A stretch of 64,000 nt of DNA, from assembly GCA_003693705.1 (NCBI GenBank), contig RBZT01000563.1, positions 124,001 to 188,000 of the forward strand, read 5' to 3'. The position numbers and the translations under genes were made by a program. Each line of letters begins with the position of its first letter. Position 1 is the first letter of the stretch. Below are positions 12,611-26,300 of the stretch, one piece after another. This stretch comes from Polymyxa betae A26-41 (taxonomy: Eukaryota > Protista > Endomyxa: Phytomyxea). Under the pieces are notes generated by a model, which was not told the DNA's origin, ran no database searches, and saw only the letters and a program-made list of their open reading frames with translations.

Positions 12611-15600
12611 TTATAAAATCGAAGACAGTTTCCCGAAGATGAGAGGAACCACTAAAGGAACAGCTATCAATAAACAACATATGGCCATAAGTACATTCTT
12701 TCGTTTTGAGAATAATTCCAAAGTATTCAACAAACGAGAGCCGACTGCCCATGGAGGAGGTTTACGGGAGGGCGGTGCAAGAAATGGATCTCTGTTCGGA
12801 TGATTCTGTCCTTCGCCTACTGGTGCTGCTTCAGCTTCATTTTTAGCTAAAGCCCACATCTCGACATGAACATCGCCTAGCTGCTTGCCTTGGGCATCGG
12901 GATGTTCAATATGAAGCCACTGTCCTGGAATATGCAAGACCCTTCGGCGCTCTCGCAATGCTTCTGTGAGTTTCGGTGCCAGATTAATGATGACATCTCC
13001 AATCGCAGTCCTCCCAAATATGTCGGCATCCCAGACCGTTAGCTTCAATCGCGATACTTTGCACGGAAGAGTTATTGGAAATACCATGCGATAATTCCAA
13101 TCAGCATTAGGTCCGGAACCCCATGCTGTATCAGTTGATCTGACAATGTCGTTTCCAGGAATACCGTCGAAGTTTGCAGTGCAAGTAATGAACTGGTCGA
13201 TCTCATCGTCCCGATTATCTGTAGGCCACCGAATGTCCCGTGTTGTCCAAATGACCAAACGAAGCTCGTACGGCTCAGGTTCGGACCGAGATAAGATCTC
13301 TAAAGGAATTTCCAACGATTCTTGCCAGCCGACTAGGTCAACTCGAAGCTCGAGCTTTCCTCGACTAAGTTGCCCTTCCTCAGATAGCAATGACCGTTGT
13401 TCTTGCCGCTGGGCCGCAGGGAGTGAATGCCAAGTCGGATTCAAAATTCGCTGTTCCAAATCAATAGAAGTCGAACCAATCAATCGATCGGCTCTCAGGA
13501 GGCTCCGGTTCCAAACCGATATATCCAAAATGGCATTCTCGGGGAACTTGCATTGCAATTGGAAAGCACGTGCAAATTCAGGATTCAACTCGTCCATATC
13601 GAAAATCGCGTCGCTTGAAGCTAAATAAGCATGTAAATAACATTTGTTAGATGATTGCACGGTTTTGAACCTCTGTCATTGATTTGTTGATAAGATTCCG
13701 CTCCATTTTTGATAACAAGATAAGATTGCATCCGCCCGCGTTCGCCAATCCATGATTGTTGTGGATTAAAACTGATTCCTCGGTACACATATAATCGGAC
13801 AGCATAAGTCTCAGAGAGAGACTGGAAAACGGCACTGTTTTCGTCATACAGCTCCATATCGTTGCGATCGCCAGCAATTAGAATAGCCTTCAGACAGAGC
13901 ATAAGGACGGTAAGACGTTGCCGCTAAATGTTATCAATTTCGTTACTTTTAGATGACCGATTGAGGATCTGAGACCTTTCGAAATATCCAGTAAAGACGT
14001 CTGCACTTCTTTGGATAAAGCATGTACATCACGGATAAACTCCTATTAACTAGAAATAAGCAAATGTGAAACATATACCAATCTGCTCTATAGACCAATT
14101 TCATGACCGAATTCGCCGCTTTCGAATCCTTCTGGAGCAAGTCATTGAAATCTTGCTCGAACGAAGTCATGGTTCGGTTGACATATGCATTGTCAGTTTT
14201 GTCATTGAACGTCGACACGTCGATGTTCTCTTTACGAATCGGGTTCGTCGTTGTCACTGTGATATTAAGGCTATCTATATCGAGCGCCATGGAATCCAGC
14301 TTGCCCTGCCATGTCGCATCCACAAGCGATTTCGTTCCCGACGCCTACCATCAGTCGTAATCAGTACAGATGCGAAAACAATGTTAAATGACATACAGAG
14401 GGTAGCACCAGTCCTTCCTGCTTACTCTGAGTTAATGTTTCATACCATGGGCTATCTTGAGACCCCTTGACACCTCCTAACTGACGCCTCTGTAGGTTCC
14501 CTTTATTTCCTCGGCCGCACCAAATGTCCTCCAGCTTGACATATCTTCAAAGACATTTAAAACATAAAACGGATTCAATCAGATTCAGACCTGAAGCCGA
14601 TACGCGCCCGGCCAGTAGCGCGACGATCGTACAATCGTATGAGAACAGCAAACGCATCGATGTCTGTCTGCGGCAGACATATATCATCGAATCGAATTAA
14701 CTCTTTAAAATCAGCTGCTCCATTGACTACAGGACCAGTTGGATTCACTATGTGAATTCTTGTTAGAGAAAGCCATTGTGCTGAGATAATGTACCAGTCT
14801 TGGTGATCATATGGCCAGGTTGGGCGCCAGGGCTACAATCCGGAACAGAAATCTCCAGTTGTGGTTGCGATAGTGCCGAAACATTTTTCGTAAGATGAAC
14901 ATCACGAACTCCAACTCCATGGAAAATCAATGAAGCTTGCAACAACAAAACAGAACTTCGGGAATTGGCCTGGTGTTCTCTTCAGAGACTGTTTAAAACA
15001 ATGATTTCATTAATACCTGATCAAATTGTTGCAGTTTCTGAACGGGAGTAGTATAATTCCCTTCTAGAACTTGAAATCGAGCAATAAGGAATGAGTCTCG
15101 GTCAGCAAGATTTGGTGTATCAGAGCTGTATAGAGGATACCTAACGATTCGTCGTTCAGCTTAACTAAATAAGAAGAGAATTGAGCTACCGAGAGAATGC
15201 GTTGTGAGCAGAAACCGATCCTGATTTTGTAATTGGCACAGCAATGTCGGTTCGACAAATCAGTGATTTAGAGACCATACCGCTACTATGATATATCAGA
15301 ATGGATACGCGAGGCATTAAACCAGGGTCTAGTGAGAATTCGAAGTTGATGTCCTAAAAACGTCACAACCAGTTGAATACAAATCAATTGCTTCTTACCT
15401 CATTCCAGATTGGATACAGCGTGTCATATTTGATCGAGGTCGTGCCTGATACACCGGCTACCCGGACAACAGCGAAACAATTTGCCAGGCCGATATCGGA
15501 GAGATGGGGAAGATTGACTGCCATATGGATATTGGAAGACAGCCGATACTTCTTCATTGAAGGTTGGATTAGTTTAGCCTGATCGGCAGCTTTTTCAAAG

Positions 15601-17226
15601 CTGGCAGTAGCGCGCCCAACCCCTATAGTGAATAGAAGCAAGCCAGGTACAATTCGGTCGTCATTTGAACGAATCGGCTGAAGAAAGCGCCAGATAGGAG
15701 CCCAGCTCTCTCCAGATGGATTCTGATCTGCGTTGACAGCACAATCCATGTTCATACCCAAAAGGATCTTTACGGGAAGCCGAATATAGGCAATCTGTTA
15801 ATGAGTCTCAATCACGGCCAGTTAACAACAAAAGCCATACCTTCGATTCGATCATTCCAACACGGTGAATAATGGTTATAATGACATCTGGAACCTGCTC
15901 GAGATCAAATGGCAATACCGCCTTAATTGATTTGAAATTGCAATTCCAAGCGCAGGCCCCATGATTTACGTTCACGAAAGCAGAGGTCAGGCGGTTGCCT
16001 GCAAAATCTATCTCGACAGCCAGTTTGCCAGCATTGACCGACAAGTCAGCGGCAGAATAAAGCTGGAATTTAACAAGATAGGGCAAACCCGAAGGTTCAT
16101 CAGTGATGGTTTCTAACGGCATCGATAACAGCTTGGTTCGCTTAACAGGGCTAACGCTAAAGCGAACTAGGAGTCGCCCTGCGAACTCGCAAGGAACATC
16201 AATATCAGGCTTGAACGATTCCATCAAAGACGCCAGAAATCCTGAAGTAGTCGGTGACGTGTAGAAAGAAACCCATTTAGGGCCCCATGGCTTATAGGTC
16301 AACTCGTTTTGGGAAAATGTGATGCTTGCAATAAGAACATCGGGTCTGCCGGAGGTCTCATTCCAAAGCATAATCTCAATAGAGTCACTCGTAACCGGGA
16401 TGTAGAAGGGCATCTCGAATCGGCGATTGAAGATCGGATTATGCTGATTAGATCGGCTTGAGGTTCGAACGGAGTTGCCATTGAAGCGAACCGACACAAA
16501 TGGATTCAAGTGGACGTGACGATCGACTAGAATCTGCTCAGCTCGATATATCAGGACATTCAAATGGAAGGGCTTGTATCGGATCTGCGGCAGCTTTAGA
16601 ATCGGGTTGGTGTCGATTAGTGAGATCGACGATGGCGATGGGACCAGGGTCGGTGGCGGGTCGCCAGGGCGCAAGATGTAAACGCTTACTAGAATGTAGC
16701 CATGAATCGTGGCTGGATCGTTTGGCAGATATAAGCCCAGCCATTGCCGGCTGAGACATTTCGTCTTTTTCCGATAGACGAAGCTGAATGAGATCTCGGC
16801 GGACCCTGTTCCTCATGTCGTTAATGGCAATGAAGAGTACTGGACCCGTTTACTTTTACCTATTAATGCATCACGGAAGACTGTGTTGCGATCGAACACT
16901 TTCAATGCGATCTTCTCGGCATTGAACTGATTCTCTGTCAGCCAGATATGATCAAAGATAAAAGTCTTCTCCCAGAGAGCGTTATTGGTTTCAGGTTGGT
17001 TTAAAGTAATTTGACGCCGTCGGCTAGTTGGACCGAGTTCTACAATACACACGGCATCTGAAGTGCCTGATCTATCCCTATCGACAAGATTCGTCTGTCC
17101 GAAATTCCCATAAACTCATCATGATGCTTACAATCCAGATAGGCCACGTCCTTCAATAACATGAACAACGACCAGGTGAGGGATCTTCAAATGGCCAACT
17201 GGCAGATTCAATTGTGCATTACTCAT
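12611..17226 (-). CDS. Ferlin-family multi-C2-domain protein with C-terminal transmembrane anchor
   Basis: Several C2 domains (VHVIEGRGL..DRSGTSDAVCIV; LNVLIYRAEQI..NPFVSVRF..NPIFN; LYPIWNE; LNPEFARAFQLQC; ELRLVIWTTRDI..WNYRMVFP), the ferlin C-terminal motif APVGEGQNHPNRDPFLAPP, and a terminal hydrophobic helix. Confidence 0.88.
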
Positions 17227-17325
17227 GATATATCATACCACGAGTACTGAGACGGCACTTGATGTCAAAGGTACTGGCAACTGCATTTCACAGCAACCAT
17301 GTGACTGTCTTCCACATGGAACAAT

Positions 17326-18969
17326 TTATGAATAACCATTGCGTCTTTTGGAAACGATAGTCGGTTTTGAAGTCGCATGCTTCTTCAAAACCATCCCAGG
17401 CTTAGAGAGGATCCTGCCGACATCAGACAAATCTCCTTCCTCCAGGTTTGACCTCCTAGAGGTTGATCTAACGCTGCGTTCACCTTCGACTCCAGGCTCA
17501 CAAAGATCAAAATGCCAAACAGAATCTTCTGGATAAACCAGCTTAGTAGAACATCCTAGCTCATCACCGCAATCTGGGGCGTCGTTATCGAAACGGACCT
17601 CGCCTTCAGTTATTGGTTCAGAGATGCTATCTCTAGCAGCTGGAGCAATAGCTTTGCTTTGTGTTGCCCAAGATCCTCTTCTCCTTGTACCTGTAGAACG
17701 TTTCTTCAACTTGCTTTCTATAACGTTCGTTATAGCAACAGTTTGTTTCATCTCTTTTTGTGGCGCGGTAATGATATCTCGAACTTCATGTTTGCGACGA
17801 TGTTCCCGGATTCGAAGCATTGCCCGTTCATGAGGTGTCAACAGCGTCAGTTGCTCTTGCAACGCGTCCAACTGCTGTTTCAATGGTTCGTTTACCTTCC
17901 TCTCCTGAAGTAGCAGCATTGTTTGGCGCCTTTGTTCTTCAAGTTCGGATTTCAACCACTGCTGCTCCTGCATGAGCATTTCACAAAGCTCTGTCAGGTT
18001 TTGCAATTTATCTGCTATTTTGTTGTCATTTGCTTGCAAAATCGTACGAGATAAATCTGGTTCCTTGCTAGTACAGACAGCATCATCATGAAAGCCTTTC
18101 AAAATTGTGGTAGCTGGCAAAGAAATCTCACTTTGGCTCACTTTTATCGGCTCTTTGCTAGGAGCACTGAGTGGCGTTGGCGGTCTGGTGAGTTGTTGCG
18201 AGGAGATAGGTTCAAGTGAACCCTTTGAAGCACAGGGGGTTGGTTGACGCTTGTTTAGCTGTTTTCCTTCCAGTTCCCTTTCTTTCTCGAATCTCTGATT
18301 CAAGATTGCAATTTCCCGTTTGATTCTCTCTTCATCTTCGCGATTTTTTTGTTCCATTTCTTGTTCCTCGCGTTCTTGTTGTTGTCTCTTTTCTTCGATT
18401 TGATGCTGCAAGATTGCTTTCTGCCTAAGGCGCTTTTGGGCCTCGTCTTCGGTAAGTACAGAGCATCCCCGGTTTGATCTTATTTTGTTATGAAGGAATT
18501 CGTCGGTGGGTGTTAAAGGACGGACCGAGTGCTTTGAAGGAATTTCCGGTAGCACATTGTGATTCCGCATTTGTGTTGCATTTGAGCTGAGTGTATCTCG
18601 CTTCGATTCCGATAAATTCGTGTTAAATATGCTCGGCAAAGTGACTGCATTTGCTAGTTGTTAGATAAGTATTTAGGTAACAAGATAAACAAAGCTCCAC
18701 AAACCGCTCTCAAGTTTAGCTTGCGAATCATTACGTTTTCTCGAGTCGGTGTCGACCCTTTGAAATGGTTCGCTGAGAATCCTCCTTTCCGAAATCGGCT
18801 TTTCTTGAACAATTACGACGTCAGGCTTTATCATCTTTGGGCTTTGCAGCAGCTGGTTTAATGCCGTCGCAGAAATGGTCGAATATTTCTGGCTCGTGGC
18901 TCCGTTTGTCAGGCTACCGCCTGTGTCCTTTCGCCGAGAGGGCGGACGGGAGCGATTATTGGTAACCAT
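17326..18969 (-). CDS. Coiled-coil protein with CCDC66-like segment
   Basis: ORFs 18673..18969 and 17326..18639 can be joined by an intron. The segment QKRLRQKAILQHQIEEKRQQQEREEQEMEQKNREDEERIKRE resembles the CCDC66 domain of ciliary proteins. Start uncertain. Confidence 0.55.
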
Positions 18970-19322
18970 TGCAGCGGCTGCTAATGGGTATGGAGGAGTC
19001 CGTCAATAGGTTGAAAGGAGATGGGAGAATGGGTGTCATAGACGTGGGGCAACCTTCGCCAATGGCCACCCCAAAATGGCCCCATCTAATCAAGCGGTGC
19101 ATTTCTGCAATTGATGACATCTCTTGAATGTTTTTATTCATCTAGTGACTATTTTGCTACTGTCATGCATATATGCTACATATGCCTTGAAAGACTCGTC
19201 AAAGCGCTGATATTAGATTGAAAGAAGGTTTCTAGAACGGGATTAACCGCCCAAATCCGTCTTGTAATTTCAACAGCAAGGACGTGCAATACCCAGTCAA
19301 TGAAAACTCATCCGGGAACTAG

Positions 19323-20037
19323 ATGACCACCATCATGAAAACCGCAAACGCACCAAAAATTGTTGAATCTGACAATCGGTCCATAATTAGCTGCGACTGG
19401 CGACGACAAGCAACCCGACATAATCGCGAATTCATGATCTCGGTTAAGGTTAACAACGATTCATTTGAATATTTAGAGGATTCGTTCACGAGATCTAATC
19501 AAGATGCGAGTTGGAGAACTGATGACAGGCGGACCGGCAGTCGTCTGCTGTACTGATAAAGAACCGATTCAATCAGTGATGGAGAAGATGCTGCACTTTC
19601 AATGCTCATCTGTCATCTTAACTGACACAGAAGATCTTGAAACACGAAAAGCATTGGCAATTATTACCATGACGGATGTGGTACTAAGCAGTATGCCCTC
19701 AAATCATCTCCTAAATTCCGTCTAGCTGAAGTGGCTATTAAATCATGACACATCGTCCGGAATCGTAATCGGGTCGCTTGTGGAGCAAAACCGAAGAACT
19801 GTGACGCAGATAGACATCGACGCCAGTATCGAAGAGGCGTCCAAGCTGATGGTGTACAAGCGTGTCCATCATCTTATTATAACTTCGAGAGACCAGCCGA
19901 CAATGGTGGGTGTAATCTCAGCATTTACAATAGCCATGGAGATGGCGGCTGCCAAGAACGCCTGGCCCTTCCCGAAAGAGTTCTTGCTGGAAAACATCGT
20001 TCAGTATCAGAACGTCGAATTCGAACAAGCGACCTGA
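19323..20037 (+). CDS. CBS-domain pair protein
   Basis: RVGELMT..VVCCTDKEPIQSVMEKM..SSVIL..LAIITMTDV and IDASIEEASKLMVYKRVHHLII..MVGVISAFTI form two CBS motifs. Two predicted short introns. Confidence 0.75.
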
Positions 20038-20363
20038 ATACCGACTAAAGAATATGCATCTGGTACTTTATAGAAGTGTTTCCAATCTTGCTGCTTTCAA
20101 CAGCTGGAAGCCCAAATAAATACGCACAATGTATTTTACTGCATAGGTAGTTCTTTCATCATTCTGTAGGGACAATGAGATACGGAGTATATACAGCAGA
20201 CAGTACCCATTCAGGCGAATTGCAAAAATGCGCCGTTTCGCAGATTTTCATAGCCGTTACAAATCTCCTGTGTAATTTGCGTCCCCCACCCACAAATTTG
20301 GTGATCTCATCTGGGCGTCTTGCATTTTGTCAGGCGCCGTCATTATTTGAACGGCGGGGCGTT

Positions 20364-23300
20364 ATGGGGACCCAAATAGAGGGCAGAATCGTTAGCAATG
20401 CAGCATTGAACTCTGGATTTGCCACCCCAACCGCCGTTCCACCTACTCGGCACCGCTCCAGAACTCAAATAAATGTGACGCCGTCTCCTAAGGCGGTCGT
20501 AAGTTCGGGCGATTTTTCGTATTTTTCTGAATCAGGGATGAGCCCTTTGCCATATGCACTCAGTGAATTCATTGATAATTCGTAAGAATCTCTTTGGACC
20601 ACGCCGACGTCTTTGTTAATCGTTTCCGTTCGCTATGAAGGCTGGCGGCCATCAATACAAGAATGACTGCTGATTCCGGGGCGTCGTTGGCCCCAAATAT
20701 AATTCCAGGAGATATTCGTATCAGTTTTGATCGTGTTGATAAACTGAACACTGTTGTCATCTGGTAAAATGTTCTTATGGGTAGTGTTTTGGATTAATTA
20801 TGAATCGAAGGGATAATGGTTGTGGCATGGACAAGGACACACTAAAAGATTTTGCAATTTATGCTCTAAGTCCAGAAGATCGTCTTGCGAAAATGAATGC
20901 GACCGCCAAAAAGCCGCTCAAGGAGTCATCTCTCACTGAGTTTTACTCCAATCCGTTACGAGTGTATGGCTATGCGACAGCCGATTGCTGCACGTGTTCT
21001 TATACCATGCTGATAGCAATAGCAACATTAGTATGTTTGGAGTCGGTGCTAAAATGAGCGCTTTTTTTATTGGTAATGACCTAACTATGGTAACGAAATG
21101 CGCCCAGTCCGAAGAGGTTTGCAATTACTGTCTTCTTTGAACTTTTAGTAAACACGCCTTCGCTAGGTGCATGAGTTCCGATGCAACAGCGTTAAGATGA
21201 ATTCACAATACAGAGACAAGGTGGCGTGACCTCTACATCGATTGCGCTTTACTGACAATGTGTATTCAGGGAAATGAATGCTATAATCAATCCATCAATA
21301 ATCGTGCACCTGGTGCGGTTGCTGACTCCGAGCTGGCTCCTGAGGCTGCCTTGATTCCGCGACTGAAGAGCTACATTGAAGTCATGGAGAAGCAACACAA
21401 TTCGTTCACCTATGTAGTCATAAACGGCGTTAAAAGGGATTTCATTACAAGATTTGAGAAATTTCACAAAGAGATTTCTCTTAGCCTTGCCTCTGTAAAA
21501 GATCCTTCTTTTGAGATTCTGTATTTTGACTTGAACATTTGTAGGTCTATCATTGGTATCTTCATGGGCATTCCTCTATCAAGACCCCAATTGGTGGAAA
21601 CATATCAATCAGTTTAGCAGTCAATAATTTTCCCGTTTTGGATTTAAAGTATTGCGTTATGATGTCGCTATGTTATTATTTTAAAGTGGTCTCCAGATCT
21701 GTGCCCTCTGTCATCAAGGAGCAACTTCAACGCAAAAAAGACACTTTTTCGTTCGAAATTGTTGATTCGGAAAATGGTTTCGGGGTGTTTGGCTTTGTTA
21801 ACTATTTTCCCTTCAACGATGTCGAGACTTATCCGAAAGAGTCGCAAATTCTTGCTCAATGGTGCGGAACACCAGAACCTGACTCTGATGACGAAGATGA
21901 CGACAGCAATGTTAATAATGGATTGGACCCTTCTGAGCAATCGATTCATCCTATATTTTCTTGTTGGTGGCAAGGTACCCTTGATGCCCTGCCATTTCTT
22001 CCTGAACTTATCCCCGAAAGGTCGTCTTATCCCAATAACAACTGTGGAATCTTTCAAATGGATGGGTCCTTCATTTAAGCAGACGACGTCTAGATGTCGG
22101 TATCGAGTAAAGGGCTGTTTGTTTTTAGACAAGTCGTTCAAAGTAACCCAAAATAAGAGCACGTAAATGACCTCTCTTTTGCGTTACCGTAAAAAAAGCA
22201 TTCATGCTGTTTCAGATTCACTGACGATGTTCGTGCCATTTTGGAGCGACAATCTGCAACTGTCCAACTTGTCGATAATATCAGAGGCCCCATTGCGAAG
22301 CTTCCGCGATCATCCAAGACAGTTGAAGATGCATTTAAAGAATGGATCAAATCCTGCCACGATCGGTATGATAAAGAGGTTCAACTTCGTACGAAACGTC
22401 CCAAAGAAAGCCATGCACGCTGGCGAAGGTAATTTGTTTTCGCTGTGCTTTAATTTATTTAAGATTGACCTTCTTAGCTGGCTTGAGTATGAAGAAATGG
22501 TTATCTCCGGAAGTGATGCCAAATCACAGCGTGTATTCAAAACTGGTGACATTGCTCGTATCAACACGGCTAGTACTAAAAAGCTACGCTTTGGGCGTAT
22601 CATCAAGTTCCTTCGCGCGAATCCTCAGTCCGCTGATGACTTTGAAACGCACCCTGATGCCGCCTTTGTGAGTGGTAGTGATCGGGGCCTAAAATGCGAA
22701 GTCAAAGCTTTGCCCGACTTTTGTTATCCAAATCCTAAAGATAAAGTAGCTTCTGGTAATAACGTCTCGGAATGTATTGATCGTGCTTTGATTTATGTTT
22801 ACAGTCAAGCTTCGAATGATAGACAAAACGTGTTCCAAAGACGAAGTATTAAGTCAGCTGGATGAATACACAAAGAAACAGCTGAAACACATTCCTAAGA
22901 AGCTGGATTTTGATATATACGAACCTGGATCTATTCCCAAAAAAGTATCAGCTGGTTATAAGTTCCCCAATGTGGATGTCCAGGTATGTTTGTCGCCAAT
23001 TTGGTGGTCCTATTTTTATATGTCGTAGATTCTTTCCTGTACCGGTGATTCTCTCACAAGTGTTCCTTTTGAACCTACTAAGAGGCTCAGGTCTAGGCAA
23101 AGATTCTTTGTCAAAGAGCAAGGAACGCTCGTGGTAATCTCTCCTTGATTTTGCCAATCTATCATTTGGCCGATTTTTGGCAATAGGAGCTTAAATCCTT
23201 TGACGGTACTGCGAGGGACAAAAAGTTCTCGTTTTGGGAAATCGATACTCTGTTCAAGCAATGCGGCTTCTATTCCTGTGTATTCGACATTCCCAACTAT

Positions 23301-26300
23301 ATCAGCCCACTGGATGACGCCATTTTGACCAAGACCTACGAGTTCCAAGTAGTTCCCGGTCTCCCAACTGCACTGAAGTCTTCAAAACAGTCATCGTAAT
23401 CCTCTTGTCCAGTGTGATAACATTTCTTAGACTGTGACACAGAAACCCGTTGACGATCACTCTCGGTGCGCCTAGCAAGGGAGAGGTGTCAGTTCAGTTT
23501 ACTGATCAGGTTACGTTAAGAATTAATATTGTGGCTCACACTCAATTGTCTTCCAGTTTGGAAACGCATGTATACCGGATGATATTTTTCTCAACAATCT
23601 TGTCCTGTCTCATGATTATTTAATCGTTAAGCCCAAGCCTTTCAAAGTAGTGAATGGCAATGTGATTATTGCGAATATCTACACTGAGCCGAAAACAGCT
23701 GAAGGTGGCAAGTTCGTTACATTCCGCCCTAACGAAATCGTACAAATGCTGGTTGTGTATGATTCGCATAATTGATTTGTGGTCAGGCTTCATTAAATAT
23801 TGGTGTGAGAGGTCGTCCTAATGGAATTGGAACGATATCTGTCAATTTAACGCTTGGAGAGCCGTACAGTATGGTATGGGCTGATGACTGCAGGCCCCTT
23901 CGAGTCACTAGCGGTGGCAGCCTTCCATCGCTCAAAATGCAATTGGTGGACCGATATGGGCTCCCTGCTAAACCTAACCCAGCATTAAAATCGCTGACCA
24001 TCAAGCTCCTTGATCCGGACTCGAAATTAAACGGTGTCGCTGGAAAGCCGGTGCAAGTGTCAGAGCTTTCTGATCCTTCGGGTCTGATTCTGGGTCCGGT
24101 TATTCAAATCAACAGCGGGCTCGATAGGGTTACTTTGCGGGCATCGTTGTCCATCAGAAAGGCGGGCGTTTCTGTTCGCACCATTGATCTGGATCGTTTG
24201 GTTATTGTTCAACCTGGGAACATGCTGGGCTGTGTCGAACTCAGCGTTGCAAATCTGACTGCCGAGGCCTCTTCCGTCATTGCCGGATCTACACATTCAC
24301 TTCAAATCGACCTTTTTGGAGAGAATGGACAAATCTGGCCGAAACCCTACTCTGAACAAATCTGCCAGCGATATGAGCTCCACTATAATGGAAGATCGTT
24401 TCCATTAACGCCTCTTGGTATTGTGATCGTTTGTGGCGCACTACGATTCTAACCGGTCTGTATAGGGGTTTTTCCTAATGTGGTGACTTTCCCTGAAAGA
24501 ATCCAAAATGTGAATCCATTCCGAATCTGTGCCACGGTTGTCGATGTTAGTCCAGACTCTGTCAACATACCGCTCCCATGCGAAACGCAGGTGACCATCT
24601 GTCCTGACCGGGGCGTCCAATGGTCGGCAACCATAATGCGACCGATTCGATGTGGCGAACCTATCGGGGATGCCATCCAAATCAAACTTCTTGATGTGTT
24701 CAATAATCCTTGCAAGATAAATCCAAACTTGGGCATAAAGGTGAAATTTTCTGGAAATCTCACAGTTGGAGGTTCAACCTGGGCCCGATATGACTCTACA
24801 GGGACCTGTATGACCTATCCAGGTAAGCTTGATTTGTTGGGTTCATGTCTGTTAAATCAGTATAACGTTCAGGTGTTACCCTTATCGGACACGGTCCTGG
24901 CTATGGTGTGCTCTTAAACGACGAGCTGCTTGCCAAATTCGGGATTGTTGAAGGTCCCCCTTCTTCGCTGGTTTTGAATGTCTCCGACGAGACTCGAAGC
25001 TTCCAGCAGATTCTGTCAGAAGAGTAAGTTCACTTTCTTGGGTGATGACTGTGCTGACGGCTTTGTGTTAGTGTCACAAATATCGATGTCCCCATTGTTG
25101 CCTATTCGATGCGAGAATTTCACGTTCATGCTTTCGACGTCTCTGGATCGATAGTTTCTTTCCCGCCCACTGTACAGGTTGCTTGCAATGATGCCAGGAT
25201 TTCTCCGATAACAGCTCCACATCAATATAAAAAGGCATTTCAGTTGGTGTTCAACGTCCCTGCCCGCCAATCAACTGTTACTGTTACTTTTACATGTGAC
25301 CAAATTTCGAAACCAATGGTCTGTGTATTTCCTGTTCAGGTATGCTCCTCCGTCAATCTGAATTTATGCCCTGCTCCTCATCGTTTGTTCAGCCGTGGCT
25401 TCTTGGTGTATCTGCTATCAATTTGGATCCCGTTTCACCAGCCATTTCTGCCGGTGCCCCGTTTCCTGATATCTCTGGACATATTCTTAATTTCGCTGGT
25501 GACCCGGTCTCGATGGACATTAATATGTTGTCATCGTTATCCCTTGCTGTCAGGAATACTGGTTCGCATTAGATTTCTCCTCCGTTTAACACCATTGATA
25601 TTTTCTCAGAGGGGAAAGATTTGGGTCCGGAGCTGTTTGCTCCAGCAGCCGTCAGAGACGCAGGTGGAGGTTTTATTTTCCGTCCCCAGCATCCTGCCAC
25701 CATGGCAGGCACTTACACAATTTTCGTAACGTAAGTCATCTCACACTGATTGTATTTTTGTCTCTAATCTCAAGAAGGTACACCGAAGGACGTCCTGAGG
25801 TTCTCGAACTGTTGACTTCCGACCAACATCGTCTGCTGTCAAATACGTCGGTTATCAGAATTAATCCTGGTCCTGCTGCTCGTCTTCATGTTCAAGGAGA
25901 TTCCGAAGAACCATCCAATAGCGCGCGCCCGATTCCCAACAGATTAATCATTTCTGTAGAGGACGAATTCGGTATTTTTCCCGCATATGTTGAATGAGCT
26001 TTATTTACACGGGTTACAGGAAATCCGGTTCCCTATCGGTTTCAGCAAAAAGATGCAGCTGGATTGAGATTGAAGGTGCAACTGTAGCCTTCTATTGCTT
26101 GTATCATTCAAATAATGCTCTCTGTCAGTTTAGGGACGGGCATGACAAGGATCATTTAACTCGACCCTATTTATCAGTAGATGCTTCAGGGAACATCGTC
26201 GTTCAGTCTCTTGGTCCAAACCCTCATAAGCCTCTTCCGAAACAAACCTATGAACTCCTCTTCAAAGTTCCCGATTGTAACCTGAAGGGGTGCTCTCTGG

